A stretch of DNA of 62,761 nucleotides from Polyangia bacterium (GTDB lineage Bacteria; Myxococcota_A; Polyangia; JAAYKL01). Under the pieces are notes generated by a model. That model saw only the letters and a program-made list of their open reading frames with translations. It was not told where the DNA came from and did not search any database. The translations under genes and the position numbers were made by a program. Where the stretch lies: assembly GCA_050287845.1 (NCBI GenBank), contig JBNKCR010000038.1, positions 1-62,761 on the forward strand. Reading direction: 5' to 3'. Each line of letters begins with the position of its first letter. Positions within the stretch are counted from its first letter, which is position 1. Positions 48,005-58,600 of this stretch are shown here, piece after piece.

Positions 48005-48738
48005 TGAAGTGGTGCCGTGAAGCGGATGTTTCCCTGCTGGTCAAACCGCATCAGCCAGTCGCCGATAATGCGCTGAAGTTTCCTGTTACGTACAATGGTT
48101 TCATAGGCCTTCCGGGCATCCTCCCACGATGCGCCGGCCAGCGGATGGTCGCCCTGTCTGAACATCTTCTGAAGTTCCGCATCAGACGGCATCTGAATTT
48201 TGTCGGCCATGTATTGAAGCTGGATGCGACAGAGCTGAAAGTTGGCAAACCAGTAGGAAAGATCCCGGCGGTTTACTCCGCTCTGGCTGAGCAGTTTCTG
48301 CATCGCCCGGTCGCCACCGGCCATCTCGGTAAACTTTTCAACCCATTTGTCACGGAGGCCGGTATCCACTTTCTCACCGATTTGCGCAGCCACATGGGCC
48401 AGCAGACGGACGATGATTCCCAGTCGGCGCGCTTTGAATTTCACAACACTGTCAGCGGGATGGCGATCCCATTCGGCGCCGTGGAGACTCACCAGAAGAA
48501 TACGGGCCACGAGCTCCACATCGCTATTGAGAAGCAGGACGGCAGCGGATTCATCGTTGGCATTGAAACTGATGACGGCGGCAATGCCGTCGAGCATCAC
48601 ATCCGAGTCCGCCGATTCCGCAGCCATCACCGGACGGACCCACAGGGACAGCACCGCGGCGATGGCAATCATCGCAGTTACAGGATGAGACGGCGTCCGT
48701 CCGGCGTCACTCGTCAATATGAAAAGTGTTTTTGTCAT
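48001..48738 (-). CDS. Hypothetical exported protein, SurA N-terminal-like
   Basis: Signal-like segment then LDGIAAVI...LLNSDV; helical; coupled to rimI; start uncertain. Confidence 0.55.
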   Translation of the reverse strand: MTKTLFILTSDAGRTPSHPVTAMIAIAAVLSLWVRPVMAAESADSDVMLDGIAAVISFNANDESAAVLLLNSDVELVARILLVSLHGAEWDRHPADSVVKFKARRLGIIVRLLAHVAAQIGEKVDTGLRDKWVEKFTEMAGGDRAMQKLLSQSGVNRRDLSYWFANFQLCRIQLQYMADKIQMPSDAELQKMFRQGDHPLAGASWEDARKAYETIVRNRKLQRIIGDWLMRFDQQGNIRFTAPLQ

Positions 48739-49501
48739 TGCTGAGAAACTCAAGGAAGGCCGTGGCAATGGGCAGCGCCTTTGACGGAACCACATCTACC
48801 AGCTCGTGGGCCTTACGCCTCAGATTGGTACCGAAGTTGCGCGCCTGCCCCGCTGAATACCGGTTTCGTCGGACCGTTTCAAACTTGCGGGTGGAGGCGC
48901 CTTCCTGCCAGGGCGCCGCATTGGATGCGGCAATGTTTTTCGCTTTAAGCCATTCGGCAATATGCGCCTGCAGTTTTTCGGAGCGTTTGGAAAACCAGAC
49001 TTCCCGTTTGTCGGAATCCTGCATGAGGACATCCTTGAAACGGCGAAAGGCCCCTTTTCCGTCCACTGCGATATTGAGCTTGTCCTTCATGGGACAATCT
49101 TCCATCTCTTCGATATACTCTTCCATCCAGCGGTACTGTTCTCTTGACGAGATCGGTTCTATATATACGTACGCGGGGTCTGCCTCCACTTCCTGGAGAC
49201 GGTGTTCGGCGTTTTCTGTGCCACTGAAAATTCGAATCACATCACCGCTGCTTTTATTGAGGAAACTGTGCAGCTCCGGAGAATTGTTTTCCAGTGCACC
49301 TTCCAGCTCCGCCCAGTCAATGGCGACCAGTGTCGTACCGGGAGGTACCGGTTCAACATCGTCGTCGTGCATTTCGCTTCGGGTCCAATCAACGGCATCC
49401 TCGCTGGTGACTGGATTTACTTCTTTTTCTGCAGAAAGCAGTTCTGTGTTGTCGGCAAATTTACCGGACTGACTTTCTTTGGCGTATGGGGAATCACTCA
49501 T
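48707..49501 (-). CDS. UPF0158 family protein
   Basis: FLNKSSGDV, IEPISSREQYRWMEEY, AVDGKGAFRRFKDVL; AGGAG before ATG 49501. Confidence 0.85.
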   Translation of the reverse strand: MSDSPYAKESQSGKFADNTELLSAEKEVNPVTSEDAVDWTRSEMHDDDVEPVPPGTTLVAIDWAELEGALENNSPELHSFLNKSSGDVIRIFSGTENAEHRLQEVEADPAYVYIEPISSREQYRWMEEYIEEMEDCPMKDKLNIAVDGKGAFRRFKDVLMQDSDKREVWFSKRSEKLQAHIAEWLKAKNIAASNAAPWQEGASTRKFETVRRNRYSAGQARNFGTNLRRKAHELVDVVPSKALPIATAFLEFLSNDKNTFHIDE

Positions 49502-49746
49502 TTTCTTCTCCTGTAATTTAGTGTGCAAGCGTTCCATCCGTTTAAGCATAACCGTTGTGCCGCCCCGCATACCGGTGAAAGATGGAAATCAGTCACTGCT
49601 TCACAAATTCAAAAGAAACTATAGATCAAGTTCAGTAAAAAATGCAACTTTCACTTAGTTAAGATCTTTAAAAAAGTGCGGCGCCCCCAATTCACCCTTT
49701 TCAGCCATTGCACCGATTCTGTGCCGCCCACCGTTGTGAGACTGTC

Positions 49747-50448
49747 TCATTGGGTTAACTTGTACCCCTGGCCGTACACGGTGAGAATGTACCTTGGCTT
49801 TGCGGGATTCTTTTCGAGGACGCGTCTCAATTTTAAAATGAAATTGTCGATGGTTCGATTGGTGGGATTTGCATCAATACCCCAGACGGCGTCGAGGATG
49901 TCGTCGCGGGACACAGGTTCTCCCCGATGCTCATTCAACACCTGGAGGATGGCGGTAGCGTAAAAACCGAGATCTGTCTGTCTGTTTCCAGATGTGGCGG
50001 TATACGAATCGATATTGACCACCGTATCGCCCACGTTGATGAGGCGGGCCGCATTTTTTTCCCGTCCGGGTTCTATTCGCCTGAAGATGGCCCGCACCCG
50101 GGCGAGCAATTCCCCAATGGAAAACGGTTTGGTGACATAATCATCGGCGCCGGCTTCCAGTCCCCGGATAATGTCGTTTTCCTGGGATCGGGCAGAAAGA
50201 ATCAGGATAGGGGTGATGGTATCTTTTTTTCGAATCGCTTCGCATACGTTGTACCCATTCATCCCGGGAAGCATCAGGTCCAGAATGACCAGGTTGGGGG
50301 ACAGCGCCTCGGCCATTTCCACGCCTTTTTCTCCGTTGGGTGCACTGTGAACCTCGTATCCCTCAAATTCAAAGGCATCCGTAAGCCCGAGCACCAGATC
50401 AGTTTCATCTTCGATAATCAGAATGGATTTTAATTTCTGCGTCATCAT
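49747..50448 (-). CDS. OmpR/PhoB-family response regulator
   Basis: LIIEDE, LDLMLPG, GADDYVTKPF, RTIDNFILKLR, TVYGQGY. Confidence 0.95.
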   Translation of the reverse strand: MMTQKLKSILIIEDETDLVLGLTDAFEFEGYEVHSAPNGEKGVEMAEALSPNLVILDLMLPGMNGYNVCEAIRKKDTITPILILSARSQENDIIRGLEAGADDYVTKPFSIGELLARVRAIFRRIEPGREKNAARLINVGDTVVNIDSYTATSGNRQTDLGFYATAILQVLNEHRGEPVSRDDILDAVWGIDANPTNRTIDNFILKLRRVLEKNPAKPRYILTVYGQGYKLTQ

Positions 50449-50574
50449 GCGCAGCTTATCAAATTGCAGCCCTTCGGTAAACTGAGGTGTTCAGCCGGTG
50501 GGCATTTTCCGGCATGTTCCGCCCGATACCAATAAAAGAGGTACACTGTAACCAGAACTTGCGCCGAAAAGGAT

Positions 50575-52275
50575 ATGTATATGAATCTGCCAACGCTCAC
50601 AAACCGGATGAACCTTGTTTTGCTGACAACGATGTTTTTATATGCATGCACGTCCGGGAAGACGGCTGAATCCGCTGATGTACCGGCGGATACCGAACAC
50701 GACTCCGAAAGCGATACCGAAAGCGATACGGGCACGGACGCCGATACGGATGGGGATACGGATACGGACACCGACGCCGATACAGATGGGGATATGGATA
50801 CCGATACCGATACGGATACCGATACGGATACCGACGCCGATACGGATACGGACACCGACGCGGACAGCGATGGCTCATGGGTATATCCCCCGATGGTATG
50901 TGCGGAACCAGCGGCATGGGAGACGCCGACAGCCCGTTCGGTGGTGGGCAATGGCACTGCAGACAGTTGCACCGAAGACGCACTGCGCAGCGCAGTGGGA
51001 AAAGGGGCCCATGTGACGTTTGATTGCGGGACGAATCCTGTGGTGATTGACGTGACGGTTGAAATAGAGGTGGCATCGGGAACCGTAATCGACGGCGACG
51101 AAAATAACATTACCCTCGACGGCGGGGGAACCAATCGGATTCTCGTGGTCCCGAGTAACGGGACGCTCTCGGTTCGCAATCTCCGGTTCATCAATGGCAG
51201 AACCAACGAAAGTGAAGATGCCGATGGGATTGGCGGTGCAGTGGCCGGCAACTGGCGCAGTGAGGTGGAAGTACGCCATTGTATCTTCGAAAATAATTCG
51301 GCCGGTCGCGGTGGGGGCGCGGTGGCGGTCTGGACTGGCAGTTCCCTGACGGTGGTGGGCAGCGATTTTCGGAACAACGCGTCGTATTACGGCGGCGCCA
51401 TTTACTCGCTGCTATCGGAATTGAATGTGGTGAACAGTCGATTTATTGGCAACGATACCATTGACAACGGTTGGGGAGAGGGGGGCGCCATCGGCACCGA
51501 TGGGGCGTCTGAGGATCCGGATGATGACATCGGCGGCGCCATTCATATCTGTGGCTGCGACATCCGGGAGAACCGCGGACTGCATAGCGGTGGCGGAGTA
51601 TACATCTGGGTGTATCCGCCGGATGAGGTCACGGTGGACCGCACCAATGTGGAATCCAATGAAATTGGTGCCGGCGGCCTGGGCGGCGGGATGCGTATCA
51701 GCAATGGTCTGATTCGGGTGACGGCCAGCAGTTTTATTTCCAACGTGAGTGACAACCACGGCGGTGCCCTGTATCTGGATTGCGCGCCGGAATGCGATAT
51801 TGTGAACAGCACTTTTTTCGGCAATGCCGCCGAAACCTACGGTGGCGCCATCAGCAGCGGGGCAGCGGTGAACATCAACAATGTGACGTTCGCAAAGAAC
51901 AGCGCCGGCGGTCACGGGGGCGCCCTGTTTGGCGGAGATGGCTTTGTCATTCACAATACGGTGTTCTGGGACAACAGCGCGGGCAATCCCTGGAATCAGG
52001 CGAACAATTGCGGCAGTACGCTGACGGGAGACCATGTGTTGCAATGGCGCAGCGAAAGCGGCGACGGGGGCGGGGATACCTGTGTGCCGGATGTATTGGT
52101 GCACGATCCTCAGCTGTCCAGCGCGCCCGCGGACAATGGCGGTCCCACCCATACACTGTTACCGTCGGATGACAGCCCTGTATTGCAGGCGGGCCAGGAC
52201 TGCGCCGCTACCGATCAGCGCGGTGAGGCAAGAGCAACGGACCATTGCGATCTGGGTGCCGTGGAACTCCCATAA
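50575..52275 (+). CDS. Lipoprotein with Asp-Thr repeat and beta-helix (GGA[I/L/V]/FxxN repeats; choice-of-anchor-Q-like end)
   Basis: Lipobox LYAC; repeated FxxN..GGAI; DNGGPT.T, TDQRG, CDLGAVE. Confidence 0.85.
   Translation: MYMNLPTLTNRMNLVLLTTMFLYACTSGKTAESADVPADTEHDSESDTESDTGTDADTDGDTDTDTDADTDGDMDTDTDTDTDTDTDADTDTDTDADSDGSWVYPPMVCAEPAAWETPTARSVVGNGTADSCTEDALRSAVGKGAHVTFDCGTNPVVIDVTVEIEVASGTVIDGDENNITLDGGGTNRILVVPSNGTLSVRNLRFINGRTNESEDADGIGGAVAGNWRSEVEVRHCIFENNSAGRGGGAVAVWTGSSLTVVGSDFRNNASYYGGAIYSLLSELNVVNSRFIGNDTIDNGWGEGGAIGTDGASEDPDDDIGGAIHICGCDIRENRGLHSGGGVYIWVYPPDEVTVDRTNVESNEIGAGGLGGGMRISNGLIRVTASSFISNVSDNHGGALYLDCAPECDIVNSTFFGNAAETYGGAISSGAAVNINNVTFAKNSAGGHGGALFGGDGFVIHNTVFWDNSAGNPWNQANNCGSTLTGDHVLQWRSESGDGGGDTCVPDVLVHDPQLSSAPADNGGPTHTLLPSDDSPVLQAGQDCAATDQRGEARATDHCDLGAVELP
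50686..50872 (+). repeat. Coding 6-bp-period repeat (Asp-Thr)n
   Basis: GATACG/GATACC/GACACC/GACGCC arrays. Confidence 0.9.
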
Positions 52276-52287
52276 ACGGCACCGGAG

Positions 52288-52314
52288 GTACGGGCAGCCC
52301 CGCTGTGCCTGCCC
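52288..52314 (+). repeat. GTAG-type REP-like hairpin, possibly also a terminator
   Basis: GTAC-GGGCAG-ccccgctgtgc-CTGCCC just after the stop codon. Confidence 0.45.
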
Positions 52315-52360
52315 CCAAAGAGCGATGCTCCGTCTCCCCGGATTAATCGAACGGCCAAAC

Positions 52361-52388
52361 CCGGGACCGCGGAGCTCCAGCTCCGCCC
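52361..52388. repeat. Single copy of the REP seen at 35801-35870
   Basis: CCGGGACCGCGGAGCTCCAGCTCCGCCC matches the reverse complement of 35843-35870 at 27 of 28 positions. Confidence 0.85.
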
Positions 52389-52652
52389 AATGGCGGTTAT
52401 GCGTGCAAGGGGGATTTCTACATGAAACATGCCTGAATAGTTCGTTATTTCGCTTTGTAACATCCACTTCTTTTCAACTGCCGCTGTGGAAATTTCTGGT
52501 TGCGGTAAAATTCTGTTTGAAATCTTCATCGAATGTCGTTAATGTTTGCCATCGAAATAATCGATAATTGATCCTGATTCCGGAATTTGAAAATGAATGG
52601 TCTTGAAAGATCGTTGCATGATTTGACTTGCTAAAATGAAACGGAGTGGTGC

Positions 52653-55600
52653 ATGTACCGAACTGTCGCAATCTGTATTTCTTTAATTTTCCTTTTTATT
52701 TCAATGGGTTGTTCCGAATCGAAAGAAAGTGAATTGATTCGGGGGCACGCAGCCCATTTGTATACTGAAGGACAGCGAATCCTTGGCTTTGAAGACCACA
52801 ATGATTGGAGCAATTCCAATCAGAACAGCACAATACACTCCGAGGGCGCACAATCCATTCAGGTATTTCCCAACGGGTGGACCGAGGTGCAAAGCGTGGC
52901 ATTGTCTTCTCTTGGAATTGTGATGGATAAAATATCGGTGGATGTGTTGATGCCGGAAATTCCGTCATCCGGAGATATTACCATTATTGTTCGGGTTCCT
53001 TCGCGTGGCATATATTACCGGCAACTGGAGACCATCCCCATGAGTTCGCTGACAGCGGGGCAGTTCAGTACCGTTTCATTTCTCATGCCCACCGATGTGG
53101 CCGAAGCCCTCAACGGAATGTATTCGGATTTGAACCTGTCCATCGTGCTGAACACGCCACCGATGACACAGCCCATTTTACTGGACAACATGCAAATTGT
53201 TGAACTGGATGATGATACGGATAGCTCGGGCACCACCGGCGAGCCGCTGGCGTATACCAAAGGAAATACAAGGGATTTTATTTTTTCTTTGCCGGGAAAT
53301 GTGTCTATTGACGAAGCGTTCATGACTGCCAGCGAGTCTATTCGATTGTCCAATGCAGTAACCGTGGCCAGTGAAAAGGCGGTGATAAGCAATCTGGGCA
53401 GAGGCTTGCTGGAAATGAATACCGATGTGTCTCTTGGCGGGGATGTCTATGCACTGGGCGATGTGACGCTGGCTGATCGGGTGTCCATCAATGGATTTTT
53501 GCGGTTGAATGGGACGCTGACGCAGGGAAATAATGTCGTCATTGCGGATGGCGTAGAGAATATCCAGGTTGCAGCAGGAATGGTCATTGACTGGACAACC
53601 GTCTGGCCGGAAGCGACGAGTTCGTTTTTCATTGACAATACCCAGATTCAGGAACCAGCCTCTGGCGCTTACAACAGCATTCGGGTACAGCCCGGCGGCA
53701 CGTTAATCTTGAATCCCGGCAAATATTATGTGAATGAATTCATAGTGGAGAAGGGCGGACGGGTTGTTGTCAATGGAAATGGCAGTCCGGTGATTCTGTA
53801 TGTCAAGGATACCATCGCAGCAAGAGGCGAAGTGGTTCACAGCCAGTCATCCGAGGATTTCCTCATTGCATACGGTGGCACGTCCATTGTGGATTTGGAT
53901 GCGCCCTTTGGCGGTACAGTGATTGCCCCCTTTGCGGAACTTCGCCTGGCGCCCCTGAATGGCGCTACCCATGAAGGATCATTTGTGGGGCGACGCATCA
54001 ACGCCGAAGCGAACAATGAAATTATTCTCAAGCCTTTTGCCCACTGGGATTATCTGAAAGGGCTGGATGCCTGCACGCCGGTGAGTTCCTATTTTGATTG
54101 CAGTACGATTTCACCCTGGGAACAGAAGGAATATATTCGCGGCGATAAAGTGACGGATGGGTCGCGGGTATACGAGGTGTATGACGACGAACGACGAACA
54201 TTGGCTGGTTCATCACCGGAATATGCGCCGAGTTCGGGAACCTCCTGGCTTGAAGCATGGCATGTGGATGGCACCTGCAATACCGCAGATGTTTCAGGAG
54301 ACTTTTTAAAAGACTTCTCCGCAAAGGACATTGACCTGTATTTTTCTTTCGACGAAATCCTGAATGACGACAACGGGAAAATGGTTTCCGGCACAGGTGA
54401 CGTTCAGGCCCGCATTGTCGGGGAGGATGCCTATGTCCGGGAAAACTCCAGAAGGTCCGGATGCACCACGGGCAGTTCTGTACTGTTGAATAGCAGATGG
54501 GCGCCGGAATACAGCGGAGGCATCCCCCCTGCTTCGACAGATTTGACCTATCTGGAATTTGAAAAATCCATGGACACAGATAAACTGTCAGTGCTGATGC
54601 AGCTGAAAACATCGGTGCTATCGTCGCAGACTTTTGTGTCCTTTGCCAATGCCACCCAGACTTCTCTTGCCATCGGGTATTCGGAACAGAATGGATTCTA
54701 TGTCCATCTGGGAGATGCCGCAGGGACGCACTATGCGGGTAAGACCGTGTTTGGAGACATTGCTCCCGGTGAGTGGATGGACATTGCCGTGGTGATTGAA
54801 GGGCAGGGTGATGGCACGTCGACGGTGCAGTTTTATGTAAACAATCAGTCGCTTTTCACAGATGGCGCCAAGGACAGCGTCACCATGAATGGCGCCCTCG
54901 ATGTAAACAACGGCAAGTGGGTGATTGGCGCATATCAGGATGCGCTCCTCGGCACCACCCACACACAACTGGTGGGTGAACTCGGCTCGTTGCTGATAAC
55001 AAAGAAGTCCGTTAACCCCCGCATGGCGCCGGACATTATTGGTCTCTCCGAGCAGATATCATCCGTTGAAAATGACCTCACGACGGTGGGAAAAGAAGCG
55101 CAACTGAATACCAGTGCACCTGATATTCATATTCCCAATCCCATGCAAGGCTACAAAGAGCTGGCCATCCCACAGATCAACACGCAGGGAAGGGCAGAGG
55201 TCACGTATCCGTTTGAACTGCCCCAGGCAGTAAAGGGGCCCACGCCCACATTGACGTTACAGTACCGAAGTGATAAAAATGACGGCAACGCGGGGATTGG
55301 GTGGAATCTGGCCATGAGCCGCATTGAATTTGACACATCTGACGAGGGGATTCCGGATTATCACGGACCGGCAGCGGACTATACCAATCTGGTGTTTGAT
55401 GGCGCGAAGCTGGTGTTCTGGAAAGAAGAAAATGGGGATTACCTGTATCGCGCAAAAAAAGAAAAAGCGTTTTATACTGTCCGGTACACAGCGGCTCATT
55501 ATATGCGGGTGGATTACCCGGATGGGACTATCCGGTTTTACGGCAATGCGCCCAAATCGGTTGTACGAGTGCTCGGTGACCCTGAGAAAACACTCCGGTG

Positions 55601-58600
55601 GTATTTAACCGAAATCATTGACCCCCATGGCAACTCGGTGTTGTATACATACGGGGGTGGAGAAATGTCCGCAATCTCAGACGAATTGTTTTTCGAGCCG
55701 TTTCTCAAGCGGATAGATTATGGACACAACCATAGGTACTCGGTAGGATTGGCATGGGTACATAGATACGATGATGATTATCGTATGAATGGCCGAGGTG
55801 GATTCCTCGTGGGGGATCTCGCGCGACTTGAAGGTGTCGAGGTTTTAGCAGACAATGATGTTCTGAAGACTTTTAACTTGGAATATGAAGATGCGGCGTT
55901 GTTTGGAAAACGGCTTCAAACTGTCATTGAATATGCAGGGGATCTCGCTGGTGAGGAAGTGAACCGGTTTGAATTCGGATATACGGAATTGGGTTATGAC
56001 TATACCAACAGTTTGGACGGCACAGCGGTGGATCCGGAGTTTATGTACTTCTCAGCACCAGGTCAGGATGTTTTTCCTAGTGGTAGAAATAGAACGCATA
56101 TAAATGAGCGGCAAAATGAGGGGAATGACTACTCCGTTGCATATCTGAACAGTATGCCGATGGATTGGAATGGGGACGGTATAGTGGATTTTATTGATAA
56201 TGTATCGGCGGACGGGATCATTTTTACTATTCTGAATGATGGCACACAACCTTTTAGCACTGTTTCAAGCCCCTATTCTTTAGACTTTTCAGTTGAGTGT
56301 CAGTATCCTTTTGAAATGTCGGGTGTTGGAATATTGACTGCTCAGGCATCCCAAACACTAAAACAGGATGCGGGTAATGGGGGCGGTTGGACATTCAAGA
56401 ATATTGGATTGTATGACCTGAATGGCGATGGCTACAAAGATTTGCTTCGATCGTGCAATCATTCGGTACGTGCATTGATGAACAACAAAGGAGTATTGTC
56501 TGAGAATTTCGTGAGTATTCCGATGCCGCCAGTTTATGCGTCATTGCCAGACTTCACAAACTTATTTAGATATTGGAACGACAATTATTCAAGCGGACGA
56601 ACTTCTGCCAACGGCCATATCGAATCAGGTGCTTTCGAATGGGGAGCTAGAGATGAGCATTATCACTTGGGTGTGGCAGGAACGTATTCGGCACTGTTGG
56701 ATATGAATGGTGATGGTAATTTGGATAGGTTAATGATTCTGTTTGATGATAGTTCTGTCAGCAACAGAAGGCGGGTATGGGCTCAATATAGTGATGGAAT
56801 CGGTGGTTTTTCAGATCAGGCTGTTGATTTGGGATATATTCCGGATCATGGGACTGGAGCGAATTGGTCGACTGGAGTGAATCGGTTCACTCTGGGTATG
56901 AATCGAGTCGTCGATATTAATGGGGATAAGCTTCCTGATATACTTCCAGCAGTGCACGGACTAGGTTTTATTTTAAATACGGGTACTTTCGAAAATAGTC
57001 CAATGGTTTGGTCTAATATGGATCATTGGTGGCATTGGGTGCTACTCGATACCGATTACTATTCAGATGGTTTTAGTATGGAGGATCCAGGTGGATTTTA
57101 TGGTCCTCGACCTGACAAGTATGTTGAGGATTTGCTCATGGCCGACATGAACGGTGATGGCCTACTGGATTTTGTTTCAATTCGACCCGGGGGCGTTTGG
57201 GTGGAGTTGAATACTGGCCATAGCTTTTTGGACAGGCAGGAATGGATGATACTGCATGACAAAGAGAGTAAGAAGGAAATACCATGGTTGTCGATATCCT
57301 GGAAAATCGAGGAAGAAATTCCTCTTTTGAAAACAAAGATGACGACAAAGGAAGATTTTCTCAGAGATTGCGATGGCGACGGAGCTATGGATTTTGTTGT
57401 TCCTGCGAGCGAATCGGAGTTCCTGACGGAACGCCGCTGTAAAATCAACAATACTGGCCGAGTGAATCGACTGAACCAAATTACTAATACATTTACCGGC
57501 CGCAAAATTCAATTGGGATACACCGACGGGGTTCGGATAAAAACAGATCCCACAGATGCAAATGCTCGAAAAAGGACGGTGTTCTCAAAAGTAAGAGTGG
57601 AGAACACCTTTATGTCTGATGGACCGGTTCAGGTCTGGGAATACAGTTATGAAGACGGAATGGAAGATCAGACCAATAGACGTTTTTTGGGTTGGGAACA
57701 ACTCGAATCCAGAAACTATGTTGAAGGCCACAAAGACGACGGGACAGTGTGGGTAGATAAAAAGGAATTTGAGTACTCATCCGTTGGCGAGCTGGACGAA
57801 TGGGGATTGAATGAGGTTCCCGATGAGTACATGAACGGAACGCTATTGAAGCACGAGACCGGATATTCAGTTAAGGGAGAGTATAAAACCCTTTCGCGGG
57901 TTGAATATGTGTATGACGATGTGTCCGTTGTCAGCACTACCGACGATGTGCGGTATGTATATCCCATTGATGTGAAGACAAGTCGATTTGATGACAACGG
58001 TCAATGCCTGCATGGCGAGGATAGTCCTGGTGTCTGCAGGAATAGAGAAATCAAGCATACAGATGTCCTTATGGAACCAACTCTTGGCTACATTGAACAA
58101 ATAGTTGTGTCGAATTCCGGTGACCCCTTGGTGCCAACGGACGATGTCGTGACCACCAGGGTATTTGAGCCAGTTGGCGCAGGAGACAAGATTCAACAAA
58201 AGTTGGAGAAGACCCAGCAAGGGCAACTGCAGCTCTCACTTGCATCATATGATTATGATGCGAATGGTATACTGTTTCGAAAAAGTCAATGGAACAGTAA
58301 TGGTGACGACCTTGTTACCAGTTTTGCGTTTCAAAATGGATTGATTTCATCCACGGGAATTGCGGGACGAATCCCCACCACGTTCAGTTATGAGTACGAC
58401 CCTGTCAATGCGCCCGGAGTCGCTACCCGCAAGACAACAATTTTGCCGGATGGTACAGACGTTATTGACGATTATGATTACCAGAATCAGCTGGTACAAA
58501 GCACAACCAATGGAGGCGCAACCGCTTACTATACTTACGACAATCGCGGCAGACTTACAGGAACCGGAAATCATGTCGCCGGTGGGTTGAATGTGCAGTA

